Assembly: GCA_963695555.1 (NCBI GenBank)
Contig: CAVOGR010000007.1
Coordinates: forward strand, 32,001-96,000
Direction: 5' to 3'
Origin: an uncultured Gemmatimonadales bacterium
GTDB lineage: Bacteria; Gemmatimonadota; Gemmatimonadetes; Gemmatimonadales; GWC2-71-9
DNA: 64,000 bases
Part shown: in pieces, positions 39,234-48,881 of the stretch
Position numbering within the stretch: position 1 is the stretch's first letter
Layout: each line of letters starts with the position of its first letter
The notes under the pieces: model-generated
What the model was told of the DNA's origin: nothing
Database searches by the model: none
Seen by the model: the letters and a program-made list of their open reading frames with translations, nothing else
Made by a program: the position numbers and the translations under genes

Positions 39234-41684
39234 CTATGGCTGGCCGGCGACACGCACCGGAAACGGCACAATCCCCCTCGGGCGCGACGGGTCGCCGAGT
39301 TCGCCGTAGTAGTTAGCCCCCCAACAATAGGCGACGCCGTTGGTTGATATCGCGCACGTGTGGTCCGGCCCGGCGACTATGGAACGGAAGGTGAGGCTTC
39401 CGATTACCTGGACCGGACTCGACCTGTGCTCCATCGACCCGTCGCCCAATTGGCCGCTGAAATTAGTCCCCCAACAATACGCGGCACCTGCATTGGTGAG
39501 CCCACAGACGTGATCGTCCCCGCTGCTGAGTGACGCGAACGTCAATCCCCCAGGCACAAGCCGCGGTATGTGAGGCGGGTTACCCCACCTGTTAGGCCAG
39601 CAATAAGCTTCTCCAGAATTCGTAATCCCACAGGTTGAGGCAGTGTTTGACGTCAGCTGCGTGAAGGAGTGTCCGCCTGATACCAGGACGGGCAGCGGGC
39701 TATCCGTCCGGACTCCGTTTCCGAGTTCACCATAGTGGTTGTCGCCCCAACAGTAGACCATCCCGGAGGTCGCCAGCCCGCAGACATGGTCCCTTCCAAC
39801 TGCAATCGAGTTGAACAGAATGCCTCCAGCCACTGCCACGGGAACCGGGCTGTCGGCTTGTGAGCCGTCTCCGAGATTGCCAGAGCGGTTTGTCCCCCAG
39901 CAGAACGCGGTCGAGTTCTGGGTCACTCCGCAACCGCCATTCCAGCCCACCGAAAGCTCGACAAAGGTCAGGCCGCCGGAAACCGGGACCGGTACGGGGC
40001 TGTCGATAGCCTGGCCATTGCCGAGCCCTCCGGCGTATCCACTCCCCCAGCAATAGGCGGCTCCACTAGTCGCGAGTCCGCACGTCACCCCGTACGAATC
40101 GCTCGGATGGATGCTCCGGAAGGACAACCCTCCAGCGACAAGGGTCGGCGTGGCTTGGGACCCACCAACGGTGCCGTCGCCCAGGACGCCGCCGCCATTC
40201 CATCCCCAGCAGTAGCCATCACCCGCCACCGTCACGCCACAGGAGTAGCTGCGCCCGGCCTCGATGGAGGCGAAGACAAGCCCCCCGGCGACGGGAACGG
40301 GCAGAGAGTTCGGGCCATACGTGTTGGTTCCATTCCCGAGCTGGCCGCCATCATCATCCCCCCAGCAGTAGCCGGCTCCGGTCGCCGTGATCCCGCAGGT
40401 GTGGTATCCCCCAGCGCTAATGTCGACGAAACTCAACCCGCCCAGCACCGCAACCGGCGGGGACTCCTCATTCTGCTGGTTGGTGCTTCCATTGCCCAAT
40501 TGGCCGACCACATTGGCTCCCCAGCAAAACGCTTCTCCCGCCGCAGTGAGTCCGCAGGCGTGCTCATCGCCATCAGTGATCATGGTGAAGGAGTACCCAG
40601 CTGCTTCGAGCTCCGGCACATATCCGACCTTTCCAGAGTGATGAAAGCGCTTGAACCCCCAGCATCGCACTTCACCACTCGGGGCGAGCCCACAAGTTCG
40701 AAAGATGCTCGCATCGATTTCGCTGAACGTGTGACCGCCAGAGACCGGGGTGGGAGTGAGGCTGTAGTAGGTCGTATCGTGCCCCAGCTGACCGCCGCCG
40801 TCGTATCCCCAGCAATACGCATCCCCGCCGGCGTCCAGGCCGCAAGACACGTGGTATCCCTGAGAGGAGACGGAGGTGAAGAGGTGCCCTCCGACAACCG
40901 CTGTCGGAGTGAGGCGACCCGTTCGCGTCCCGTCACCCAGCTGCCCGAAGGAGTTGGACCCCCAACAGTAGGTGGTGCCCGAGAGAGCGAGACCACACGT
41001 ATGGCTAGATGAGCCAGAGATGGCACTGAAGCTCAGCCCTCCAGCAACGGCAACCGGAGCACGTTGCGCAATCGTGGTCCCGTCACCCAGCTGACCCGCG
41101 TAGTTGTCACCCCAACAATGGGCGCGATCACTCTCGGTGATCCCGCAGGCTCCCCCCCAGCGGCTAATGAGTGTCTTGAACTGCAGGCCGCCCGACACCG
41201 CAACAGGAAACGCCGCCGATGTGGTATCGCTCGATCCGGTTCCCAGCTGTCCGTACCAGTTCGACCCCCAGCAGTACACCCTCCCCATGGTGGTCAAGCC
41301 ACAGCTGGAGCTTCCCCCGGCATGAACTTCGGCAAACTCCACGCTGAAGCTGGTGATCTCGGTGTGCCCGCTCACGTCATCAATCGTTGCCGTGATCGTC
41401 ACTACACCCTCTGCCCTCGCGGTGACCCTGCCGCCGGCCGAGACGATGGCGATCGTCGAATCACTCGTTGTCCACGCGACAGGTCGGCCTAATACAGCGT
41501 TGCCGGCGTTGTCGAACGCTTGCGCTGCGAGCGCGACTTGCCCGCCGAGTATGACCGAATCCCGGCTGCTGCTGATCGTGACCGAGGCAACCGGCACCGG
41601 AGTCGGAGCCGCGACCGGCTCCTCACCGCACGCGGCAGCGGCCACCAGGGTCAATAGAAAAACAGAGCGATCCTGCCAGGGCAT
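39234..41684 (-). CDS. Lipoprotein with Ig-like (Big_2) domain and double RCC1-repeat beta-propeller
   Basis: Lipobox AAAC; WTTSDSTIAIVS Ig motif; about 14 HxCG...AYCWGxNxxGQLG repeats. Confidence 0.9.
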   Translation of the reverse strand: MPWQDRSVFLLTLVAAAACGEEPVAAPTPVPVASVTISSSRDSVILGGQVALAAQAFDNAGNAVLGRPVAWTTSDSTIAIVSAGGRVTARAEGVVTITATIDDVSGHTEITSFSVEFAEVHAGGSSSCGLTTMGRVYCWGSNWYGQLGTGSSDTTSAAFPVAVSGGLQFKTLISRWGGACGITESDRAHCWGDNYAGQLGDGTTIAQRAPVAVAGGLSFSAISGSSSHTCGLALSGTTYCWGSNSFGQLGDGTRTGRLTPTAVVGGHLFTSVSSQGYHVSCGLDAGGDAYCWGYDGGGQLGHDTTYYSLTPTPVSGGHTFSEIDASIFRTCGLAPSGEVRCWGFKRFHHSGKVGYVPELEAAGYSFTMITDGDEHACGLTAAGEAFCWGANVVGQLGNGSTNQQNEESPPVAVLGGLSFVDISAGGYHTCGITATGAGYCWGDDDGGQLGNGTNTYGPNSLPVPVAGGLVFASIEAGRSYSCGVTVAGDGYCWGWNGGGVLGDGTVGGSQATPTLVAGGLSFRSIHPSDSYGVTCGLATSGAAYCWGSGYAGGLGNGQAIDSPVPVPVSGGLTFVELSVGWNGGCGVTQNSTAFCWGTNRSGNLGDGSQADSPVPVAVAGGILFNSIAVGRDHVCGLATSGMVYCWGDNHYGELGNGVRTDSPLPVLVSGGHSFTQLTSNTASTCGITNSGEAYCWPNRWGNPPHIPRLVPGGLTFASLSSGDDHVCGLTNAGAAYCWGTNFSGQLGDGSMEHRSSPVQVIGSLTFRSIVAGPDHTCAISTNGVAYCWGANYYGELGDPSRPRGIVPFPVRVAGQP

Positions 41685-41724
41685 CGTCCCTCTCAAGGAG
41701 TCCCAGGGCAACGAGTGCATGGTC

Positions 41725-43053
41725 TCATTCCATGAGCACGAAGGTTGGCACCGAGCGCGCGAGCATAGTCCCGTCACCCACCGGTGGGGTTCCCCAACAA
41801 AGCAGCGCGCCGTCCGTTCGGATACCGCAGGAGTGCCACGCCCCGGCTTCGATCCGAACGAACGTGTGGCCTCCCGCGACAAGTGTTGGAGTGAGTCGGT
41901 CCGTCGTGGTACCATCTCCGAGCGCACCGTCCCAGTTCGACCCCCAGCAAAACCCCGCCCCGTCGTCGGTGACTCCGCACGTGTGAGCCCAGCCAGCCGA
42001 GATAGCCGTCATGGTATGACCGCCCGCAACGGCGGTGGGGACGAGGCGCTCGATGGCGCTGTTATCACCCACCTGGCCCGCTTCATTATCACCCCAGCAA
42101 TAGGTGACACCAGTGGTGGTAATCCCACACGAATGCCGAAGACCCGTCACGAGCGACGCGAAGGACAATCCTCCGCTCACAGGAGTCGGGACTGACCGGA
42201 ACTCAGTGGTGCCATCACCTAGCTGACCGGTGAAATTCGAGCCCCAGCAGTAGCCCAGGCGCGCGTTCGTGACTCCGCATCCATGGGAGTCACCTAGGGC
42301 AATCGATGCGAACGAAACACTCGGCCCCACAGGTAGAAGCCACCCTGCTCCCCAGCAGTGCGCCGTGCCGGCGACGATCCCACAAGTTGCGGGCCACCCA
42401 GCGCTGATATCAGCGAACGTAAGTCCACCTGCGACTGCCACGGGAGCCAGCCGGTCAATCGTCGTGCCATCGCCAAGCTTCCCGTAGGAATTATCTCCCC
42501 AGCAATACGCCTGACCCGACGCAGTGAGCGCGCACGTGTGGTCCCATGTCGTGATGGTCGTAAAAGAATGTCCTCCCGCCACCCGAGCCGGTGTGAGGTA
42601 TTCCTCTCCGAAATACCCTGTTCCCAGTACCCCCCTCCAGTTGAACCCCCAACAGAATGCCTGGCCGCTCAGGTCCAGCGCGCACGCGTGGCCTGCTTCC
42701 AGAGTAACGGCGAGGGCGCGGAAGGGTCGCCGGACCAACACATCCGCATTCCCTTGGACGCCTTCGGCCGTCGCCGTAATCATCACGGCTCCATTGTCGA
42801 GGCCAGTCACCATCCCGCTCGGTGACACCCTGGCTATGTCTGGATCGCTGCTTACCCAGAAGACCGTTCGACTTGTCAGAGTATGGCCCCCGGTATCGGT
42901 GAGGCGTGCCGAGAATTGCTGTGGCTGGCCAACAGCAAGTGTATCGCTCGCCGGGGACACTTCCACCAATGCAACCGGTTCGGGCGGCCCGGCCGGCTCA
43001 GAGCAGCCACCGAAAGCCAGGGAGACAGAGATAGCACAGAGACTGACACGCAT
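41725..43053 (-). CDS. Lipoprotein with Ig-like (Big_2) domain and RCC1-repeat beta-propeller
   Basis: Lipobox GGC; WVSSDPDIARVS; about 7 RCC1-like repeats. Start uncertain (43053 or 43065). Confidence 0.9.
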   Translation of the reverse strand: MRVSLCAISVSLAFGGCSEPAGPPEPVALVEVSPASDTLAVGQPQQFSARLTDTGGHTLTSRTVFWVSSDPDIARVSPSGMVTGLDNGAVMITATAEGVQGNADVLVRRPFRALAVTLEAGHACALDLSGQAFCWGFNWRGVLGTGYFGEEYLTPARVAGGHSFTTITTWDHTCALTASGQAYCWGDNSYGKLGDGTTIDRLAPVAVAGGLTFADISAGWPATCGIVAGTAHCWGAGWLLPVGPSVSFASIALGDSHGCGVTNARLGYCWGSNFTGQLGDGTTEFRSVPTPVSGGLSFASLVTGLRHSCGITTTGVTYCWGDNEAGQVGDNSAIERLVPTAVAGGHTMTAISAGWAHTCGVTDDGAGFCWGSNWDGALGDGTTTDRLTPTLVAGGHTFVRIEAGAWHSCGIRTDGALLCWGTPPVGDGTMLARSVPTFVLME

Positions 43054-43218
43054 TTGGCTATCCATAGCACGGTGGAGATGAAGGATCCTACAAACTTGGA
43101 TGAAGCCTTCGTGGCTGCCGAAGCCTTCTAGTGGGGAGACGTCAGGACGGTCGGTCGATGGACCAACCAAGCAGCGGCTAGGGAAAACCCTAGTGGTCTA
43201 AGTACGCTCAGTTCCGAC

Positions 43219-43500
43219 TCACTGGCCTTGTTCTGCACCTCCGCCCCCAGACCCCGGGCGGCTCAACAGCCGCTCGGCGAAGTCGAGCCGCTCGTGGATC
43301 TCGGCCAGCTCGCCGTCCCGCGCCGCCAGCGCCCGATCGATCTCATCCCGGATGGCCTCCTGCAGCGCCGGTGTCACGTGGTCCGCCGGCAGCGTGGCCT
43401 TAGTGCGGACCCAGTAGCGCCAGCCCGAGAGCGTCATGGCGCCCAATGTGGTCACGATGACGAATATGCTTCCGAAGACCGCTAGGATATCCATGTCCAC
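43219..43500 (-). CDS. Small membrane-anchored coiled-coil protein (ERLDFxERLL family), tandem copy 2
   Basis: GGAGG RBS; TM helix followed by ELAEIHERLDFAERLL. Confidence 0.82.
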   Translation of the reverse strand: MDMDILAVFGSIFVIVTTLGAMTLSGWRYWVRTKATLPADHVTPALQEAIRDEIDRALAARDGELAEIHERLDFAERLLSRPGSGGGGAEQGQ

Positions 43501-43570
43501 GACATTCCTCCGGCATTCTGTTGGGCCGACCTACGGATGACGCGAGGGAAGAGTTTCCAGCGGGCTCGTC

Positions 43571-43834
43571 TCACTTGGGCTGTTCACCCGCCCCTAGCTG
43601 GCCGAGTACCCGCTCGGCGAAATCGATGCGCTCGTGGAGTTCGGCCAGCTCGCCGTCCCGGGCCGCGAGCGCCCGGTCGACCTCGTCTCGAATGGCGTCC
43701 TGCAGCGCCGGCGTCACATCACTGGGCTGACTGGCCTTGGTTCGGACCCAGTACCGCCAGCCGGCCAACGTCATGGCACCCCAGCTGACGAAAGCGACGC
43801 CCATGCTGATGGCCCACACCAGATCCGCGTTCAC
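43571..43834 (-). CDS. Small membrane-anchored coiled-coil protein (ERLDFxERLL family), tandem copy 1
   Basis: GGAGGT RBS; TM helix followed by ELAELHERIDFAERVL. Confidence 0.82.
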   Translation of the reverse strand: MNADLVWAISMGVAFVSWGAMTLAGWRYWVRTKASQPSDVTPALQDAIRDEVDRALAARDGELAELHERIDFAERVLGQLGAGEQPK

Positions 43835-43934
43835 GGTGTACCTCCGAAATGTTACGGGAGATCCGATGGGTCAGGCTTCCCCTGACTATCGCACCTTCGC
43901 TCCACGAGACCAAGTCGCCGCCTTGCTGACCGAC

Positions 43935-45479
43935 TCACGACGAGCGCGTCTCCGCATCCCCCACTCCCAGCATCTGTTTGAGGTGATCGGCAAGCCGAAG
44001 CGCCAACGCGACAATCGTGAGCGTCGGATTGGCAAACCCGGCGGTGGGAAATACCGACGCCCCCGCGACATAGAGATTTTCGGTCCCATGCACCCTGGCA
44101 TCTGCGTCGGCGACACCGAAGCGCGGATCGGTATGCATCCGGGTGGTGCCGGCGTGATGATGCGCATTGGGATCGGGCCGGCCGGTTTCGACCTCCACTC
44201 GTCCGATGCCCGATGCCTCCACCCACTCGCGCAGCGTGTGCCGAAGTCGTTCCAGTTCGGCCTGCTCTTCATCGCGCCAGTGCCATTGGAGCTCAACTTT
44301 CGGCATACCGAGCGCGTCCCGGTCTCGCGCCAGCACAATCCGATTCTCGGGATGCGGCCGCTGCTCCAAGTTGATCAGCATGCGGAGTCGGTCAAAGCGC
44401 TGACGGCGAGGCGGAAGCCGGGACCAACCGTAACCAATCTCCAGACTTCGCCAGCGTCGCTCTACAAGCCAGGTACCAAGGCGTGAGACCACTGTCTGCG
44501 CGGCCGGGTGCGGCAGGAGCGTGATCGACACGTTCGGCAATTGGCTAGAGCGGATAGACTCCTCGCGGATCGCAAGGCGTCCCACAATCATGGTCCCGCC
44601 TTCGGCTCGATGCAGGTCGTAGAACTCGGCTTGGTGAACTAGGTCGGGGGTACTGGGAACTAGGGTGAGCGTGCGGTCTCGGGGATGCTCCATGAAGCAG
44701 CGACCCAGCCAGCCGTGCTCATTGCCGAGACCCCGTGCGCTCGACCCATCGGAAAGGAGAAGAAGCCTGACATTCTCGATCGCCCCTGCCGCCAGGACGA
44801 AGGCCCCCGCCCGTATCCTTATGCGGTTGCCTGATCCACTCACACATTCCGCTCCGACGAGCCGGTCTCCATTCGCTACGAGCTTGGTGACCGTCACATG
44901 ATGGTACAGACTCAGGTTACTCGCCCTGCTAACTGCGTGCACATACGTTTGGGTGAAGGGGCGGGCGAGGCCACATTGATACACTCGGGTGGTAAGGTGT
45001 TTGCCAAATGACAAGACGCGAGGCCCGGTAGAGGTCTCCCAGTCGGCACCGTCGTAGGCAAAAGCACCGAGGCCGCATACCACCTGGGCTCGTCGATAGA
45101 ACGGTTCCAGGTGCGGTCGATCGAACGGCCAGCCACTGAGAGGAACATCGGGGCGTGCCTCGAAATCGATAGGATCAAGCGGGACGTACTTTGCCCCCGG
45201 CTGGTCGGCGACGCTGGTGTTCCATGTATTCGCCGTACCACCCACTTGCCGATGGCGCGTGCGCCCCAGGCCCGCGTAAGGATCACCGACCACGGCCCCT
45301 TGGTTGAGGAGCTGCGCCTCGAGCTCGGCCTGAGACCCGCCACTCTCGAGGAGGACCACGGCGGCGGCGGAACCGATGAATTCGCGGGCCAGGGTGAGCC
45401 CCGCCGGACCTGCACCAATGATGCAGAGGTCTGCCTCGAGCTCAGTCCCACTTGCCAAGAGGCTCGCATCTTGCATCAT
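43935..45479 (-). CDS. GMC family FAD-dependent oxidoreductase
   Basis: IIGAGPAG, VGGTANTW, AAGAIENVRLLL, HHAGTTRM, ASVFPTAGFANPTLT. Confidence 0.92.
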   Translation of the reverse strand: MMQDASLLASGTELEADLCIIGAGPAGLTLAREFIGSAAAVVLLESGGSQAELEAQLLNQGAVVGDPYAGLGRTRHRQVGGTANTWNTSVADQPGAKYVPLDPIDFEARPDVPLSGWPFDRPHLEPFYRRAQVVCGLGAFAYDGADWETSTGPRVLSFGKHLTTRVYQCGLARPFTQTYVHAVSRASNLSLYHHVTVTKLVANGDRLVGAECVSGSGNRIRIRAGAFVLAAGAIENVRLLLLSDGSSARGLGNEHGWLGRCFMEHPRDRTLTLVPSTPDLVHQAEFYDLHRAEGGTMIVGRLAIREESIRSSQLPNVSITLLPHPAAQTVVSRLGTWLVERRWRSLEIGYGWSRLPPRRQRFDRLRMLINLEQRPHPENRIVLARDRDALGMPKVELQWHWRDEEQAELERLRHTLREWVEASGIGRVEVETGRPDPNAHHHAGTTRMHTDPRFGVADADARVHGTENLYVAGASVFPTAGFANPTLTIVALALRLADHLKQMLGVGDAETRSS

Positions 45480-45522
45480 GGAACTGCCCCGTTGTCTGAA
45501 GTGACCGCCGGAATCGGGAGAG

Positions 45523-46422
45523 ATGACCGCGATGTCCCAGCTGCCAGCCGTTTCCGTAATCGTGCCGACACGCGGGCTCCGTGAGCGCCACGGCTTGCTG
45601 CATCAAGCGCTGCAGAGCGTGCTCAGCCAGGAGGGTGTGGCCGCGGTGCCGATCCTCGTCATCAATGGACCCGAGCGAGACCCCGACCTCACGCGAGAGC
45701 TTCAAAACGATCGCCGGCTGAGAGTGATCGTCCTCGAGGATGCCAGCCTTCCAGCCGCCCTTCTAGCCGGCCGAAGAATAGTTGACACTCCGTGGTTCGC
45801 CGAACTCGACGACGACGACCTCCTGTTACCGCGAGCGCTTGCCGACAGGGTGGAGGCGCTCGCAGCCAACCCCGAGTGTGACGCCATTGTCTCCAACGGC
45901 CTCATGCGTGCCTCAACAGGTGACACGCTCAGTATGCGAGACACCTCATTCATCCGCCATGACCCCCTGCGGGCCCTTGCCCATGGAAATTGGCTCCTCC
46001 CTGGTTCGTATCTGTGCCGAACTGAGACGGTCGGGCCGGAGCTGTTCGAGGGTATGCCTCGATACCTCGAGTGTACCTACATGGCCATCCGTTTGGCCAC
46101 CGAGTACCGACTGCAGTTCTTGGATCGCCCAACGGTCGTCTGGCGGATGGACACGCCTCGATCCGAATCTAAGTCGAGAGCATACGTGCTTGGCCAGGCA
46201 ACGGCAATTCGACGGCTTCTGGAGCTGAACCTCCCGCCGGACATGCGAATCCGACTACGACACCGGATCGCCGACGCGTCATGCGACATTGCGAAGTTGT
46301 ACCTTCGGGAGAGGAACCTCGGCCCGGCATGGCACTGGTACTTCGGAACTCTTCGGCAAGCCGGCGGATGGCGATACCTCGGTTTCCTTCCGCGGTTGGT
46401 GGCTGCCTCACTCACGGCATGA
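45523..46422 (+). CDS. Glycosyltransferase family 2 protein
   Basis: VSVIVPT...ALQSVLSQ...ELDDDDLLLP (DxD motif). Confidence 0.8.
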   Translation: MTAMSQLPAVSVIVPTRGLRERHGLLHQALQSVLSQEGVAAVPILVINGPERDPDLTRELQNDRRLRVIVLEDASLPAALLAGRRIVDTPWFAELDDDDLLLPRALADRVEALAANPECDAIVSNGLMRASTGDTLSMRDTSFIRHDPLRALAHGNWLLPGSYLCRTETVGPELFEGMPRYLECTYMAIRLATEYRLQFLDRPTVVWRMDTPRSESKSRAYVLGQATAIRRLLELNLPPDMRIRLRHRIADASCDIAKLYLRERNLGPAWHWYFGTLRQAGGWRYLGFLPRLVAASLTA

Positions 46423-46428
46423 ACTAGC

Positions 46429-48030
46429 GTGACCAGCCCTCCTTCCAAGATCCTGGTGCTGGCGATCGATGCCGCGAGTCCTGCCCTGCTCGAGCGCTGG
46501 GCAGGAGACGGGACCCTCCCCAACATCCGCTCACTTATGTCCCGAGGGCTGGTGGGACACACCCGAAGCGTGGACGGGTTCTTCATCGGATCGACGTGGC
46601 CGTCCTTCTATACCGGGGTGACACCAGCCCGGCACGGCCTGCATTACCTGGTACAGTTGGAACCCGGAACCTACGACTTCCACCGCATGGCCGACCGAGG
46701 CCTGGTAAGGAGCGACCCGTTCTGGATCCCGTTGAGCCGGGCGGGCAAGCGCGTCGCCGTTCTAGACGTCCCGCTTACCCGGCTCGACCCCACGGTGAAC
46801 GGCATCCAAGTGGTCGAGTGGGGAGGGCACGATGCAGTGTTCGGGTTTCGGGCTTGGCCTCCCCACATCGCCGACACGATCACCACACAGTTTGCTGCCC
46901 ACCCACTCGGCCCCTCATGTGATGCGATCGGACGGTCGGCGGAGCAGTATCAGGAGTTCGTCGAAAGGCTCGTTGAAGGCGTCCGCACCAAGGTGTCCGT
47001 GACGAAGGAGTTCCTCCTACGCGGCAACTGGGACTTCTTCATGCAGGTGTTTACCGAATCACATTGCGTAGGGCATCAATGCTGGCACCTGCACGATAGT
47101 GGGCATCCCGCCCACGACCCAGCACTGGCCGCTACCCTGGGTGACCCGCTCCGCCTGACCTATGCCGCTATCGACCAGGCAATCGGTGAATTGCTGGCGG
47201 TTGCCGGCGACGCGACAATTGTGGTAATGACCGCGCACGGCATGTCATACTGGTATGGCGCTCAGTTTCTCCTCCCCGAGATCCTCATCCGTCTTGGCGT
47301 CGCGCAGGCACCACCCGCGACTCCTAGAGACCGGGGACCGAGGGCACAGGCCTTCGCGGCAGCACGCTGGATGTGGCATCGGATCCCAGCCTCGCTGCGG
47401 ACCGGAATGGCTCCCATCCGCCAATGGTTACGTTCCGAGGGAACTCCTCGGCTGCCGACCATCGGTGTGGACCCAGCGGGCAGTCGCTGCTTTAGCCATA
47501 ACAACGGCCTCGCCGTCGGGGGGATCCGGCTCAACCTGGTGGGCAGAGAACCGCAGGGAACACTGGCGCCTGGGGCAGACGCCAGCGCATTCTGCGAAGC
47601 ACTTACTGCCGATCTCCTCGACATCATCGACGAGCGCACCGGTAGGCCTCTCATTCGGCGGGTCCTCAAGACCGCGGACCTCTACCAAGGCGCGTACTTG
47701 GATGACCTTCCCGACCTCCTGGTCGAGTGGAGCGACGAGGCCCCGACTGGGAGTACCGTTCTGGGGAATGGAACCGGGGCAGTCGTTCGGGCCCGCTCCC
47801 CCAAAATCGGGGTAATCGAGGGCAGCAATCAGTACGGCCGGACAGGTGAGCATCGGTCTGGAGGACTCTTCATCGCGACCGGTCCGGGTATTCGCGCCGA
47901 GACACTCGACAGGGAAACCTCGATACTCGACTATGCACCAACGTTTGCCACGCTGCTGGGTGTAGACCTACCTCAGTGCGACGGCCATCCGATCGCCGAG
48001 TTCGGGCACGCGGCGAGCGAGCCCGACTGA
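46429..48030 (+). CDS. Alkaline phosphatase superfamily (type I phosphodiesterase-like) protein
   Basis: LAIDAA, WPSFYTG, HCVGHQCWH, TAHG, LPDLLVEW, TGEHRSGG. Confidence 0.87.
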   Translation: MTSPPSKILVLAIDAASPALLERWAGDGTLPNIRSLMSRGLVGHTRSVDGFFIGSTWPSFYTGVTPARHGLHYLVQLEPGTYDFHRMADRGLVRSDPFWIPLSRAGKRVAVLDVPLTRLDPTVNGIQVVEWGGHDAVFGFRAWPPHIADTITTQFAAHPLGPSCDAIGRSAEQYQEFVERLVEGVRTKVSVTKEFLLRGNWDFFMQVFTESHCVGHQCWHLHDSGHPAHDPALAATLGDPLRLTYAAIDQAIGELLAVAGDATIVVMTAHGMSYWYGAQFLLPEILIRLGVAQAPPATPRDRGPRAQAFAAARWMWHRIPASLRTGMAPIRQWLRSEGTPRLPTIGVDPAGSRCFSHNNGLAVGGIRLNLVGREPQGTLAPGADASAFCEALTADLLDIIDERTGRPLIRRVLKTADLYQGAYLDDLPDLLVEWSDEAPTGSTVLGNGTGAVVRARSPKIGVIEGSNQYGRTGEHRSGGLFIATGPGIRAETLDRETSILDYAPTFATLLGVDLPQCDGHPIAEFGHAASEPD

Positions 48031-48106
48031 CGATCCCATGGGTTGCGGCCCCACCGACTCCTTTTCAGGCGCATTTCACGCTTCCTTATAGACCAGAGGA
48101 GAGTTT

Positions 48107-48130
48107 AGTAGGAGAGTAGGAGAGTAGGAG
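48107..48130 (+). repeat. Perfect AGTAGGAG x3 tandem repeat overlapping the pcm ribosome-binding site
   Basis: AGTAGGAG at 48107, 48115 and 48123; TTG start at 48137. Confidence 0.85.
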
Positions 48131-48136
48131 TCACCC

Positions 48137-48877
48137 TTGACACCACGCTGTTTCGTCCAGTGGACCCGAACAGTCGGGTTCACCTTCGTCACTCTCATGA
48201 TCACGTGGCCGCTCGCGGCGCAAGTGCCGGAGCTCGGCCCCAATCGGTACCGCGCCGAGCGACGGAGGATGGTCGACCTCATCGAGCGGCGCGGGGTCGA
48301 GCACCCTGCCACCCTCGCGGCCATGCGCGCTATTCCGCGGGACGAATACGTGCCGGAGGAGCACCGGAATCGCGCCTACGGCGACTATCCCGTGCCGATC
48401 GGGTATGGGCAGACCATTTCACAGCCGTACATCGTGGCCTACATGACCGAGATGCTCCGGCCGGTGCCCGGGATGAAGGTGCTGGAGGTCGGCACCGGCT
48501 CGGGATACCAAGCTTCCGTGCTCGCCCAGATTGGTTGCGAGGTCTACACCATCGAGATCTTCGAGGCCCTGGCCCGGAGCGCAGGCGCGCGCCTGAAGCG
48601 GCTGGGATTTGACGACGTGAAGATCCGGCACGGCGACGGACACTTCGGGTGGGCAGAGGCAGCGCCGTTCGATGCGGTGATCGTGACCGCGGCGGCAGGG
48701 TTCATCCCGCCGGCCCTGGTGGAGCAGCTCAAGCCGGGCGGCCGCATGGTGATTCCAGTCGGGAGTGTATACGGCATCCAGAACCTGATCCTGGTCGAGA
48801 AGGATGAGGCGGGAGAGATGCGAACCAGGAATCTCCTGCCGGTCAGGTTCGTGCCCATGCTGAGCCGGCTCCGCTGA
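48137..48877 (+). CDS. pcm: Protein-L-isoaspartate(D-aspartate) O-methyltransferase
   Basis: GQTISQPYIVA, VLEVGTGSGYQA, APFDAVIVTAA, QLKPGGRMVIPVG, VRFVPM. Confidence 0.95.
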   Translation: MTPRCFVQWTRTVGFTFVTLMITWPLAAQVPELGPNRYRAERRRMVDLIERRGVEHPATLAAMRAIPRDEYVPEEHRNRAYGDYPVPIGYGQTISQPYIVAYMTEMLRPVPGMKVLEVGTGSGYQASVLAQIGCEVYTIEIFEALARSAGARLKRLGFDDVKIRHGDGHFGWAEAAPFDAVIVTAAAGFIPPALVEQLKPGGRMVIPVGSVYGIQNLILVEKDEAGEMRTRNLLPVRFVPMLSRLR

Positions 48878-48881
48878 CGAC

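Noticed and set aside
39234..43053. Recurring CCCCAGCA / CCCCAACA words suggesting a CRISPR-like or DNA repeat array
   Set aside because: They encode the CWG motif of RCC1 repeats inside ORFs; there are no fixed-length repeats with spacers and no cas genes.
43178..43193. Perfect mini-hairpin CTAGGG-AAAA-CCCTAG
   Set aside because: A 6-bp stem without a U-tract is too weak to call a terminator or element.
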